DNA from: Tricharina praecox
Taxonomy: Eukaryota
Direction of reading: 5' to 3'
DNA: 64,000 nucleotides
NCBI RefSeq assembly: GCF_024521635.1
Contig: NW_026250418.1
Location: forward strand, 62,001 to 126,000
Position 1 is the stretch's first letter. Each line of letters opens with the position of its first letter. Made by a program: the position numbers and the translations under genes. This document shows, piece after piece, positions 49,634 through 63,655 of the stretch. Under the pieces are notes generated by a model. The model made no database searches and was not told the DNA's origin. It saw only the letters and a program-made list of their open reading frames with translations.

Positions 49634-52600
49634 TATGTAGGGATGGCTGCCTGGTTCGAATTCAAGCTTTTGGTCCCAGACGGCTGGCCCGTCCATGTCC
49701 TTTGTCGACAGTCGGCGAACAACCCTGCGCCGATTTGTGCGGGGGCTATGGCCCTATGGGTCGCGCCGTTCTAGACTTTCAAAGAGGAGGGGAGTCGGAA
49801 GGATTCGGAGGCTGGCGGTGTATGTACTGTACCTATGTTTGTATGATGTATGTATGAGGTATGTATAGTACGCTCACTTTTGCTGCGGAATCTGTCAAGA
49901 CCATTAGTATGCAGGTATGCATCGTCAAGCTTGATCACGAGCGGGATGCACCGTGTAGAGAGTGAGAGCTCGACTGGGGGCGCCAACAGGGAACCCCGCC
50001 ATAACCACAGCCTATCAATTGCCTTGCAATCGCGCAAAAGACGCGGATCTCCTGCCCGACCGAGCTAGCTGCTCAGTCACCGCTCGTGTGTCGTGTCACT
50101 GTTTGGCTCGCGGTTGCCAACAAACGGCGAGGGGGCGCCTCCTCATTCTGCTCCGCACAGGTGCGTGTACGCACTCTCGCATCCTTTTTTTTGGATCGTC
50201 ACTACCCTTCTCACGCCATTGCAGCTTCTCCAATTGCAGTTTCTCCGGCGACTCCATGACTGCGTATGTAGATGACGCTTATTCGCTGGAGGGCTTATTT
50301 CCTATGTAGTATACATCACTCGTTACACAATGCATCATCGCGGCGTGCATCAACACAAACAGATCCGCAACAAGCAATGATTAAACTGAAACCGAAACCA
50401 AAAGAGAACCGCACGGACCACCAGCTGTCTCCACGTAACCCGCACGACCCCGCACGCCACAAGCATCTCAGGGGAGGGCATGGTGTGGTTGCCAGCCCCG
50501 TGACCGCAGGCACATGCATGCCACCACACTGCACATCTCCTCCATGCTTGCTCTGGCGACCCGTAACCCGTTTGCCCTCGGCCGGTAGTGTTTCATCTTC
50601 GGGTGAACCAATAAACGCTTTTATCCGCCTATCCTCAGCCCTCTCATCTTGAGCCAACTTCGAACTTGTGCGTGCGTACCGAGTTAGGTATCGTTCGATC
50701 CATGCCGGCTGTCTCGCCCCTAATCGAGTACATATATACCTAGTATTGAGGGAGAGCGGGGTAGAGGCGCCTCCGTGTGTATCGGAACTGGTGGGGAGGT
50801 GAGAGCAGACCGTGGAGGCGGAGTGGTGTGACCCGGATCAGCCTCGAAGAGGAGGGTAAACATTAAAACTTGTTCTTATCTTGTTCTTGCTTTTGTTCAT
50901 ATCACAAATACGCACACAATTGATCACCCATTCTTTGTCTCATCACGTTTTTGGGTCTCTTAATACGTACCTACGAAACAGCCCACTGCCTTCCCCGCCT
51001 CCCCACCTCCCTCCCTTCTTCCTCACATTGCGCCGCCATCTCCCGCATCCTTCATTTCCATATTGCAGCTGTTGATCACATACTGCAGATGCAATGCACA
51101 TCGTATGTATGTAAAGTACATACATACGCCCTGCCTCCTCCCGATCCGCTGTGACCCGAGAGCGGCTCACCATCCGAAGCGGCGGGGCGGATTCTCCAGA
51201 GTCCACAGCCTTGTGACAATATCTACCGTCGGCGTTCGGAGGGCTTGCTGCCAAGACCGAATCCGCCGAACCGGCTGGCTGGCCGGTGAGCGAGTCGCAG
51301 CCTCAAAGAGATACTGCTTTTCTCTGTGTCAGGTTGCGTCTCCTCCCAGCCTTCCCGAACATGAACGCACTCGCGGGCAGTTCGCAAGGAAACCGGAGTG
51401 CTCAGTCACTCAACCATTCAATCATTCACCCACTCATCCACTCAGGTAAAGTCGGAATCGTACGTTTGTTCTTAGGCCCATACTCCCTAGCGAGTATAGC
51501 AGGTACTCGGTGACTGTGCATACATGTGGATCAAGCGTCCGTGCAACACTGGAACGAAACTGCTATGACCAACTCCCTACGTCCCTCTCTCCGGCCGGTG
51601 ACAATTCTGCGGTGTGAGGGTGCAGAAACGGGGGGGAGGGGGCTTCTCCGACCAGAGGATTTTTTATGACGGAGTTGAAGACTCATATGTACAATACACA
51701 CGAGGACTCTTTCCTCAGTTACGCGCGTAATGGAACCTGCCGCCCCACCGCTCATGCGCACATCGACACCAACACCGAAACTGAAACCGACACCCCCCAT
51801 AATGCCCAAACACGACGCAGTTCGATAGGTACTGCACCCCCTCCCCCCTCCCCCCCGGAAAGGAAAGTCGGCAGAAAAGAGCTATATACTCCACACCTGA
51901 AGTTGCACGAGTGATTCAATTACATACGTAATAACGGATTGGGGATACCGAAAGAGTAATAATATAAGGATTCGGTGCCTATACTATTACCTAGGGCACA
52001 TTCAAGCTTCAAACTCGGTGTCTCACCGTGCCTGAGCTAGCGGACGATCCTGCGCTCGGATTTGGCGTGTGGGCACAGGTGTGTGGGATCCGGTTCTAGA
52101 TTTGGCCGGAGTTGGCGCGAGCCGGGGCCGGCATGTCTTTCGCCATTGGTCGCTGGGGATCGCTGTGCGTATTTTTGTGAGAAATGACACCAGTACGATG
52201 GTGCCCCAGAGGCACCTGTGAGCGACTCAGGCGCCAGCGGCCAGCCCCACCAACCCGCAACCACCCACAGTCCACCAGATGGCAATGCTTGCTCGGCAAT
52301 CGACACAAATGCGCGGATCTTTGATCAAGCCTGGCCAGCTGGCCGCCCCGTATCCGTGCGCTAAGACAGCTGGCCGCTCTGTATTCGTGCGTTAAGAATA
52401 AACGGACTGAGCGGTTGTCTGCTGGCCGCCGCTCCGCGACTCGCGAGCGCTTTTTTTTCTCTTTCATTCTTTCTTTCTATACGCTCCTCGTCAACGATGA
52501 GCGCACGCTCGTACGCTCGCACTTATCGCACTTCTCGCGCTCTCCCCACTCTCCCCACTCTTCCACTCTCCGTCCCCCCCGCCCCCCAGCACAACGGTCG

Positions 52601-53508
52601 AACCAGCTTCTTCTCCAATGTCAACAATGACGGACCGATGACAGCGAGAGTGATACATGGCTGTGTTTGGTTTGGCCTCCACTTATCGCACGCCCCAAGC
52701 CTCCGTTACACAACAACGGCTTCTCGATTGCGATTGAGGCTGCGTCTTGTGATTATTACGAAGCAAGGGAGCAGTTGGGTGGAGGATTAGCATGGAGAAT
52801 CCGCGAATGCGATGTGCAGCTGCGCCTCTCCTTGGATAGTCCTGACGGTTCACCGACTGGACTGCCGCCCACCCCAGAGGAGGAGGAGACGGAGAGTGGA
52901 AGATGCGGAGGGAGGGACGGAGGCCAATTCACCGCCGGAAAAAGTTGTGGCATATTTGTCAAGCGCGATTGACATCGCGCTGAACAAGAGATAGGTAGTT
53001 TACATCCGTGATGCATAATCGTTTTCATGTTTGGATTTCTCTCTGGATGGCCGCGGGATCTCGGCTGTGTCCCGGGGAGAAGGAGGCGGTGGCGTCTAGC
53101 ATAGCAGACAAGGCCTGCGGCTAAGTAGCTAAACCAGCCAGCGAAAACAAGGCCGAGGTGAAGTCTACGAAGCAAGGGATTGTCCACAGTGTCCCCACAC
53201 ACACATACATGCACCCGATTGCAAACGGTCGCGGCCACGATACGATCGATGGTGGGGTTGAGGCTTTTTGCACACAATATTTCGTGGCAGAATCAATGTC
53301 CAATGACCCCCAAAACTGCACGTCAGAGAGTGCAATTCCTCCCCCCCCCCCCCCCTCCCCTCCATCCGCGCCAAGTTTGTAGTGAAGGACGGTAGCGGAG
53401 AGTGAACGAAGGGGGGCACATAGAAGCTTTGAGATCCGCTCTTTAAAACCGCAATCTCTCATCGTTACCATCACAATCACCACCATATTCCCCAATACAT
53501 ACCGCGCC

Positions 53509-54410
53509 ATGTCGACAGTAACCTTTCGATTGACCTCGGCCACACACTCAATCCCGATCGACGTGGATCTGGCAGCTGCTAGGCAGGAATTTGTCATCGA
53601 CGGCCTCGTCGTGCTCCAGCATGCAGTCCTGACACCCGACGAGATCGATTTCATCATTGGCGGCGCGGCAGCCCGCGCAACCACGTCAATCTCACATCTC
53701 GGCACTTCTTACCGCGTCGAACTGCAAGGCGGACGATACCTTGACACCAACCCTGGCGACATGTAGCAACCCCTCCCCCGCCCTCCCCCCACGTCCGCGC
53801 CTCGCTAACGCGTCTCCGATGCATAGCGTCCTCTCCAACCACGCCCGCATCAAGAACGACCTCATCGCCCGCCCCCCGGCGCCCGCATCCCCAGTTCCTG
53901 CCCACCGCCAACTGCGGCCCCCGAAGACGTGGTACTGCCCGATCCCGGGGTGTTCTAGCAGCTTCAATCGCAGCGACAATCTGCGCCGGCACCTGAAAGA
54001 CGTCACACGGGGGCCACAGCACATCCAGTACGTGGCGCGACAGCCCGACGCACCGATAGTTGCACCGAGTAACCCCCCTCCTCCCCCCATCCCTCTCGCC
54101 GTCGCCGCGACTAATCCCGGTAGATCGAGTCAACACCGCGGTCGAGCGGCTAGCATCCCGCTACCCGAGCGTAGCGCTGGTGCCGGAGGCGCGCGGATTC
54201 GAGGAGGTCCCCGACGTGGAGGACAAGTTCTCGGCCATCTGTAGGGGCGTCCATGCCGTGTTGGCGAAGGAGTTTCCCGAATTCAACCTGTGGGCCGAGG
54301 TAAGGTTCGGCGGGAACAGAGCGGACGAGGACGCTGCCGTCGCCACCGCCGCTGCCGTCGCCGCCTCGGCCGCCGCCGCGGGGAGCTCGACCAGGGGCTC
54401 GATGGCGTAA
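53509..54410 (+). CDS. Hypothetical protein with a single C2H2-like zinc finger, 3 exons (53509-53762, 53827-54068, 54124-54410)
   Basis: Introns 53763-53826 (GTAGCA...GCTAAC...TAG) and 54069-54123 (GTAACC...ACTAAT...TAG) join three ORFs in frame; WYCPIPGCSSSFNRSDNLRRH finger motif. 3' end could differ if GTAAGG at 54300 is a donor. Confidence 0.8.
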
Positions 54411-57400
54411 AGGCGATGCGTGTTCGACCGCGAGCGCTCGCGGGGGTGGGGTCATTGGATGAAGAAGAAGAAGCGCAGGGGGTCGTTGGCGCCGTTGGGT
54501 TGAATGTTCTCCATTACGTTCGGTTGTGTCGCGCGCTGCTAAACCGGAGGCCATCCTCTGGAAAAGAAGAGGAGAAGAAAGATGGCATGGAGGGGCCGGA
54601 TCACGCTTTGTAAGAATCTTACGTACTCTTTTTTCTTTTTTTCTTTTCCCTGAAGGCGCTTCGGTGATTATGCGAGTGATTTACTATGCATCTACTTTTG
54701 TGACAGGAGTGAACGGTTTGGAAAGATGCTGGCTGGGGAATTTCGTTAGCAAGAAGGCGTATCCTAATGGAATCGATTAGTTACTGAAATATTGTTCGAT
54801 CGAGTTGAAGCAGAGTCAGTGGGTAAGCATCCTGTGAGTCTGTTCCGAATACGATAACTACCAGGTCGTAGTTGTATCTCAAAAGCCGTTGCCCACTCAC
54901 GTCTGCGTGATTGTCGGCACCGTATATACTGGTAAGCGCGGCAGCTATCGATGCCACGACGGAAGCTTCGTCGTGATAGCGATCAGCACTAGGCACTGCT
55001 GGACGGTACCGAATGGTATGTACTCTATCTATTCACCTAGAGCAACAAACAACGTATCATTCTTAACGGAGACCCCAACTGCCACATGTCCGTACGCGAT
55101 AACCGTCAGTACCGAGCGGTGCTAGACGGTAATGAAGGATACTTACCTAGAGGCTAGAGCAGCAAGGAATCGACGGTTGTCTGCATCGACCAACATAGTA
55201 GTATGAGGTATGTACCATCGCTTCCGACCGACCTATGCTACAAAACTACCTACTGACCGAACTACAGATGAAACGGCTACGCGACGGCACGTGCGAGAGA
55301 CCTTTTGGGCCCGCAGGATCCCTATCCGACAATGCAATGAAGACGAGACCTCGCCAGCGAATTCCGGGAGCCAACTGGGATAATATTTTTCCACGAGGGT
55401 TTGCGCCGACCTCTTCAGCAATAATGGCATGTAGTCACTCGGCTCCATTGTCCTCATCCCAGCAGGATCCGGATTGCTTGTTTGCGCCGATCAGGTACGT
55501 GCATGCCATATCAAGGCGCGGCGGATGAGGCTCGTGTCGCAGTCAAGCCAGTCATTGGCTGCGACTCTCCGCGTCATGCAGGGTGGTTACATACATAGTG
55601 GCCCCGCGCGGCCTGCTCGGAGATCCTCAAAACCATACGGCACCTAGATCCCTTTCGCCATCGCCACTGGCCTCGCCGTCCCCCAGTAGGTCTCGCAAAC
55701 GAGCTCGCCGAGTTACGGCACGAATGCGCGGGCAGTGTCAGCATGTCAGCGATGTCCCGAGTGAAGAGGAAGCTCTGTGACTATATACACCAGGGTTGCA
55801 GATCTAAGCTCTCGGTGCTGTGGTGGAGCAATCCGTCGTAGTTCTCCGCAGCGAAGCCGGTCCCAGCTGCTTTGAGTCGGTTTCGGTCCTCTGAGTCCAC
55901 TCCGTGATTAGGGGCGATACCAAAATTCTATACAGGAGTGCAAGAGTACAGCAAGTTGGAGAGGCGTCTGGTTCGGGGCAGTAGTTAAGGGAGCGCATCG
56001 GGTGGCCCTGGCCCCGGCCTCTGAACCGAACAGAAGGAACGCAGGCGGACAGTCGACTCGACAACCTGCATCGCTATACTCAAGGCTCAAACCTTCGAGG
56101 TTTCTCTCGCCGCCGATAACGGGTGTGTGCCCATTACCCATCTCACCTCAGTGTGGAATCTGGACCGCTCCAAGGGCGGTATTAAAGGTCCATTACTTTC
56201 GACCTTCGAAGGAACTCCACCGGAAGGCGCGCAAGGACGTCTATCTAAGTATCGAAGGCCTTGCGGCGAATCCTCAGGCGGTCGGTTATACCGCCAGCCC
56301 AGACGTCAAAGCTGGATGCGATGAGAGTTGCGCTGGTTCGATCTGGTATCCAAGTCGACAACGAACATCGAAAAAGATTTCCCGTCGGCGTTCAAGAACT
56401 CCAGCTGAAGCCTAAAGGCCGCCGAGTCGCCGATCGACCAGGAGCTCGAGGAAACTCTGCAGTGGCTGTCTCCCACTAGCACCACAGCAAAGACACCGGG
56501 ATACCGTATCAAATCTCGAAGGCTGCCAGGAACCGGGAAAGGTACCGTATTGTGGTGTGTGGAGAAATATTGCACGTCTCATTGTGGTCGCTAGCTGTAT
56601 TTTCCAGTTCGAAGTTCGAGCGTGGTTGCTCATCTGCTTCGCCAGGAGATGTCCGGGGAGAACCCCAGAACATACAGTGGCCTACCTGTACTATGGCTAT
56701 CCGACTCGCCGGAGAACGTGGGTGAGTGAATAGGACGTTGCAGACAATCGTGCTAATGTGAATGGGATATTGAATGGAACCCTGCAGTCGATTGAGCTGG
56801 GTGAGCGAACGGAAATTGCAGGCACTCGTGCTGAATGTGAATGGGATATTGAATGGGACATTGCAGCTTACAGGACATCTCAAAGCGGCAGCTTCGCCTT
56901 GCTTTACATGCACTTCTTTGGTTCTCCTTGGGAATATCTGGTAGTAACTGTTGTTACCTACTGCCATCGGATGGGAGTTTCTACTTGGGTTTCTCTCCTT
57001 TCCGTACACACGGGAGAGGTAGGGGCCACGGTTATAATCAGCGGCGGTGGGCCGGTGGCGACCGAGTATGTATGATTGTGAGCATCACTGTTATTGTTAA
57101 TTGGAAGCTGGTGGAGACGGCGTTGCAGTGTGGGGTGCGTGGATTTGTGGCACGCTGGCGTGGGCGGCGATCGGCGAGGGGGGCAGTCGGAGGAGCGGTT
57201 GGATGGGATGGATGGGGAGGCAAGTGTGGGAACGAGTGTGTTCCTGTGAGTAGTCCACTAGCCGTTCAGAAGACCGGTGGTGGGTGCTTGGAACATTCGG
57301 TGCGGTAGCGGGTCCAAGTTCGTTTTTCTTTCTCACTTTCACACACACTCTCTCTTGTACCGGTAGCTCCTAGGCCTGAACATACCACTTCACTTCTCTC

Positions 57401-58152
57401 CATCTCCATCGTTCCAGTGATCACTTCTACGAGTCCTTTCAACAGCTAGAGGCAATGGCACGCATGGGTTTCTTTCGTCACCTTTATAAACCCTGGTTTT
57501 GTTTTCCATTTCAACTTTCATTCTGTTGAAAGATCCGAGAAGAAGTGCGCTGGTCCGCTGGAGCATTGGCATGTAACTAACGGCCTCACCGTGAATGAGT
57601 CGTGGGAATCCACGGGCTTATAAGTCTCCAAGTAAGAAATCCAGCCCAGCGAAAATATGAATGAATACCTAGAAGATCAAAGAAGATCATGACGCAGACA
57701 CAGCACAGCAAAAGCATCAATAGGCACTCATGTGGGTCATGATTTCACGTTCGCATCCCCCCACGTCTCGTTGGATTTCCGTCTCGCGAAATAAAAATGC
57801 CCCATCAACACCCTATAGCATAGGTAACTGCAAAACTGTGCTTTTCACTCCTCCGTTTCGTGCTCTTGGCGACTCCCTAACACGCGATGACTAGCATTTC
57901 TAAAAAGTTGTCGGCCTGTCGGGTCGCGATTTGTCTGGCATGGTATGTACCAAGGTGGTATTTCCCCCCACCAGATCAGTATCGCTGCTGATTCCGCCTC
58001 CCTTCGTCCCCGCGGATGTTCAGACGAATGCACTAACACGGGAGAGCGGCATTAAATAGATGTGTAATATTCAGCACATACGCAAAGTCTCGCTACAGTA
58101 GGGAATAATATCTACATTCCAACACTCTACTTCACTCAGTACAGCCCGCCCC

Positions 58153-59620
58153 TCATGTACCGCTTCTTCCTCCCTCAAAGTCGCCAAGCTCATACTCATC
58201 CGGATATGCATCCAACACTCTCCTCAGCTCCTCTTGCTGCTCGAGCAACTCCGGCGTGGTCTCCTTGAACACATCCGTGAATATATCCTTTACCGGCGGT
58301 TTCTTCTCCTTCTCTGCCTTCGCGAAAGCCTTGAGCACGTCCTTTCTCACCTGCGTCCTAAATTCTGTTTCCTCATCCGTGCTCCACCACTTCTTCACCT
58401 CGAGCCACTTTCGGAAGCGCGTGATGGGATTGTCTCTACGCTTCCACTCCTCAACGTCGACTTTGGCGCGGTAAGCGAACGAGTCGTCGGATGTGGAGTG
58501 GTGGGAGACACGGTATGACATTGCTTCGATGAGCACTGGTTTCTGCGACTCGGAAGCGATCTTGCGCGCCGCCTGCGTAGCTGCATATACTGCCATTATG
58601 TCGTTTCCGTCCACACGGATGGTTTCGATTCCGTAGCCCATACCGCGGGAGGCAATGCCATCGCCTTTGTACTGTTCCAACGTCGGAGTGGAAATGGCGT
58701 ACCCGTTGTTGCGGCAGATGAAGACTACCGGGCAGTCACGGGTTGCCGCTATATTCAGGGCCGCGTGGAAGTCGCCTTCGGAGGCCGCACCCTCACCAAA
58801 GTAGCAGACGACTATATTACTGGAGTTTTCGAGCTTCATGGCGTAGGCGGCACCGACGGCGTGGGGGATTTGCGTGGCAAGGGTGGAGGAAATTGGGTGC
58901 TGGCGAAGTCTTAGTATGGTTGGGAGAGGCAGGGGAAGACAGGCCGTACCAGGTGCAGACGTTCGCTCATGTAATGAATCGGCATGTTGCGGCCTTTGCC
59001 ATAATCGTGCTTGTTGGCAAAGAGCTGGTTCATGAACTAGGTCTTTGTTAGCAGGTAGTAATCGGGGAAGGAGGAACAGGAATACTTCGTCTAGTGTGTA
59101 TCCTCTATACATCAACGCGCCCTGCTCCCGGTACTGCGAATAAATCACATCGTCGGGATCCAGCGCCGCCGCCGAGCCAACCGAGATGCCCTCTTCTCCT
59201 GCAGAGACCATATAGAACGAAATCCTCCCCTGCCGCTGGGAATCAAACCTATTACCGTCAGCATCCGCATCGCCACATCTTCTTCCGGGGGAAAGGGGGA
59301 ACCGACATAATCAGGTCCAAAACAGAAGTGGTGACCATATCCATATACATCTTCCTCGCCTTCTCCCGATCAATGCCGAGCTGCACCTTGTTATCGACGA
59401 CTACACCCTCAGCATTGATATACCGATATGTGGGCATTGCCGGGACATCCTGCGGCCGATGGAAGGTGAGTTCGTTCGTGAAGCGGGATTCTACCGCGCC
59501 AGGGAACCGGACCGTGTCCGAGTCTGGTGCCTGGCGGATGCCGCGGGCAAGGGCGGAGGCAGTGAAAGTTCGCCTTTGGAGTGGGAGGAGGCGGGCATTG
59601 TTTATGTGGAGACGGCTCAT
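58153..59620 (-). CDS. BCKDHA: 2-oxoisovalerate (branched-chain alpha-keto acid) dehydrogenase E1 alpha subunit, mitochondrial; 4 exons (59620-59307, 59248-59086, 59036-58950, 58899-58153)
   Basis: Arg-rich presequence; SQRQGRISFYMVSAGEEG, QYRE, GRNMPIHY, ISSTLATQIPHAVG, TPP-binding FGEGAASEGDFHAALN...NNGYAIST, YRVSHHSTSDDS; GT-AG introns with CTRAC-like branch sites. Confidence 0.95.
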
Positions 59621-62600
59621 CGTTGTTGGAGGGAATTGAGGAATGCTTTCTTGGAAGGAGGGAGAAAGGGAGTTCCGCGAGCTGGGGAGAGAGGTACCCT
59701 ACAGGGACACATGATCAGACGCCGGCGCGTTCGGTTATAAGCGGAGGCGGGGTGAGGTACCTGGACCTAGCTACGCACCTAGCTCTCAAGGAACCCAAAT
59801 GCCATTGAGCTTGCCATCAAGCATCTTCCAAGAGATACCGTCTACACCAAGATGGATCGACAGAGAAAAACTCAATCAATCAGTCGACCACCGTGGCCGT
59901 AGCCAAAAGGATTTGAGGTCCACGGCCTGGCAGGGATAAATGCTATTCTCGCTTCGCGTACTCTAAAACTTTATTAACACGTGATTTCTCGGTAACTGCC
60001 GCCATCACTCGTGTCCTCAAATCGCTCGTCAAAAGCTGTTTTGCGCATCAGCAATAACTAAAGGTCTCATACACTAGACAGGCCGATGAACCGGCTCAGC
60101 TACTCAGCCGGTCGACTGGCACATTAGTCAAGACTCAAGTAAGATCACTCGACATGAGAAAAAAGATACAGGAGAATGACAAATAAACTAAGAGGAGGAA
60201 ACGACAGGCTCAAAGATCGAGTTGTGGCATTATCTCAAACACTCATTTATTACAGGTAACAAGTATGAGCTGCATAGGCCATTCCCGAAGTCGCAGCTGC
60301 CATTCCCACGACGACCGCCATGGGCAACCACACCCGTCCCCCTCAGACATCACCCGGCACGGCACAAAAACACCGTCGTTGCCCTCGACGCAATGCTCAT
60401 TTCCATACAATCATTGATTAAACAAATGCATGCTCATTCTGATGCGGCATTTTCATTGTTGAAGTCTTATTCAAGAGATCTCATCGTAGAAAACGCTGTG
60501 TCGGGGCGTCGCTCCGGGGCATTTCTGAACGTAGGTGACTCCAAAATTCAATAAACCACAAGGCTGCGACCAAGGTTTGATCTACCTAGCCAAAATTCAC
60601 ATATCTCGATAGCAGAAGATGATTCCGGCGTCGATCTGGGTGTTGCTGGGGAGAGAAGTGTCGTCAAAATGTTAAACTCTTGAGGATATTTCCCACAAGT
60701 CCTTTCCATTTGGAGCTCATAAAATGACGTTTAAAGTATGTATGATTTCGAAGGGGACCAGAAAAGGTCAACTTATGGTATGTATTATAGAACACTTGAC
60801 TGCCAAGATGAAGATGTTCTGAAGCTTCTCGGACATTAGGAAAAAAAGATGAGCTCATGACTGAGCTCACAATGGGTCACAAGTTGGTTCGAATCGTATC
60901 GTCCGGAACGTTCGTCACTACTAATAGTACACTCGCACGAAAGGGACATTACGAACTCTGGAAACTACTGTAGATCATTAATGTGAGCTCACAGAGAAGG
61001 GACCCATCCAATCACTGCGGGTGGCTGGGCTGGCCAATTGGAGTGACGATCAGCGTTTGAAATTCCGTTTTTCGATGGATACGTTGTCCGGAAACGAGCC
61101 ACGGGCCGAGGGATGATATGAACCTACCATACACGTCTAGGACTCGCTGGGAACCGGAAATACCAAAGGCGGGGTGCGGGTGCGGGGGATCTGCTAGCTC
61201 GATTGAAAGCCGAGGTTTCGGCCACTTTCTTACCCTTGTGCGCATCCCGCGCTGATTTTGTTCATCGAATCGGAAGGGTATCCCAGCGAGCAGCTCGTAT
61301 TAGTTATCTCAACGCGTGAGCTCCTACCTATCATCTCCGTGGGCTTACGCTCTGGAGAGAATCTGCCGAGGACATTCGGGACGTGTATATACATGCAGTA
61401 CATATCTCCGTGGACGCCTCGGCGCTTGGTGCACTCAAGTAGTGGCTCTTCCGGATTCGCGGCGGGATCAATGAATATGCGTTTGGGTAGTCATGGCGAT
61501 GTCTCGGAGAGGGTGTATTACGTTTCTGAGCCGTATCCATGAGAGGAGCATGAGTAGGATAGATGAGGGATCGGATAAGATATGGGAGGAGGGACTAGTC
61601 GGATCGGTGGGTCGGAATGGTGGTGAGAGCCGGACTAGCCGAATCGGGTGGCACTGAACGTTGTAGGCAGCGGAGGACAGCAATATGAGGCTCTTCGAAG
61701 TTGAATACAACCTCAACTTCTCCATCATCCCTCAATTTCGCCGTTTCCCTTCCAGGGCTGCGTTACTATTGTATGTACTTACCGTGATCCCCGAACGGGA
61801 ACGCGTGTTTATCCAACCTCTAGCAAACGACAACTTAGTTTCGGGCCTACCTATCTTTTTGCTTCCGAGGTGTCTAGCCTGCTGATCCGCGCACCGCAGT
61901 AGCCGTTCCACCTTTCCACCTTTCCACCGTTGCTTGCGCTCGTCACCGTGCCGTCCACGGATTCGGATACGGTACCTCGCACTCGACAGCCTGTATGCCC
62001 GCCCGCGGCACACCCCCGACCGCTCCTCGGTTTCCCGGACCTCTGCAAAAGCGGTCGGCCGCGAGAGGTATGTACATTATGTACCGTACCAGGTGTTCCG
62101 CGCGCAGCGGTGGGACTGGTTGCAGTCTTGCTCCCTTCAGTCTTCAGCTCATTGTTGGTACAGGCAGCCAGGTAGCGGAGGGCCATGGACAGCCTGCTCG
62201 GCGCACCGCAGGCCTCAGGTCGGCCCGGTTTGGTACCGGTACTCCACACGCCTAGTCCCGAGAGCGAGCGGGTTTCAGTCGTTGCCAAGCTGGAGCAGCC
62301 GGGCAATACGCCGCCCCCACCTGGACTTCCAGCATTGCTTTACAACTTTACATACGTGGGGGGGTCCTCCGTCTCACTCCACGTCACTCGCGGTCGGTAC
62401 TATATTCTAGTTTGCGCCCACTACTCTCCCTCCCCCACCCCACGGGGTCTCTCCCGGACTGGACCGGACTGGAGCGTCCTCCACAACGCACAGCTTTCGT
62501 CCCCGCCCTCTGCTCCCTGCATCTTACTATAACTAGTACCTACACAGCCGCCGCGCTACAGCGCGTTGACATCACTCGATCCAACCCCTCTCCTCCCCTC

Positions 62601-63574
62601 CTGATGAGCAACGTACATAGCGGCGTCAGGATTTACATCATCTTCCCGTCACAGTTCCAGACCCCCTCGTCCCCGCCGTTCCAAACCCTCTGCGAACAAA
62701 AAACAAACAAACAACGGGGCTAGACGCTCATCCACTAGATATTCCTCCGCTGGGGATTACGTACGAGCCCTTGGGTCGCATCACATCGCGTCACATCGCA
62801 TCACATCACATCACATCACAGCGGGTGGAGGGGAGGGCAGGCGGGCGTGGCAGGTGGGCCGGGCCGCCGGGAATGAATCATGGTCTAAGGCTGGCTGGGG
62901 GTCACAGACGTAGCCACCAAGTCCTCTATTACTCCAGTTTCGGGGTCAAGTCCGAGATGACTACCGTACGACGATGCACTGCACTGTCCTTTGGTCCTTG
63001 GGGACGGGGTACTTCGAAGCTACATCGCCGGCCGACGAGAGGATGGTCAGGGTGGTACATACGTATGTGAACGTAATGTAGGTTGGAAGGCCGGTCGAGG
63101 ACCGGCCGACCAAACAAACGGACCGTCTACATCCACGCCAGCGACGTCTAGGACTCTACGAGTACACACATACAGAGGATGCAGATGCGGATGTGGATGC
63201 GGATGTGGAATTGAATTCCCCCATCAACCCTCCCTCGTCGCCATGCCATGCCGTCCGTCACGTTCGAAGTTGCCTTCCTGGCCACTCAATCCAGGTGTGA
63301 TGCATACGTGCACCCGGTTGTGCAGTTTCTTGCAAATCCACAGTTCGCAATTGGCAATTCGATCTCTGGAGTGGCCCGGCGCAGTGAAAACGAGAGCAAA
63401 AACGCAAAAAAGGAAAACGCCAAAAGGAAAACAAAGGAAAACAAAGGAAAACAAAGGAATTCACAGTAGCAGAAGCAGCAGCCGTGGCACACGTCAGCCA
63501 GCCAGCCCGTATGTCGTCTGCCTAGTCTGTCCAGTCAATCCACCGCTGCTGCTGCTGCACCCCACAATATGCAA

Positions 63575-63655
63575 TATGCAAGCCACCACACCACACACAC
63601 CACACCACACGCACCACACACACACACCACACACACACACACCGCACCACCAACC
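63575..63655. repeat. CA/CAC-rich low-complexity tract
   Basis: Direct reading of sequence. Confidence 0.8.

Noticed and set aside
50590..50703. Tiny spliced ORF MDRTIPNS|ADKSVYWFTRR on the minus strand
   Set aside because: Too short, with a weak branch site; compatible with chance
54781..56640. Protein-like minus-strand fragments (54781-54996, 55233-55457, 56306-56633)
   Set aside because: Interrupted by stops with no recognisable domain or splice path; possibly an old pseudogene but unsupported
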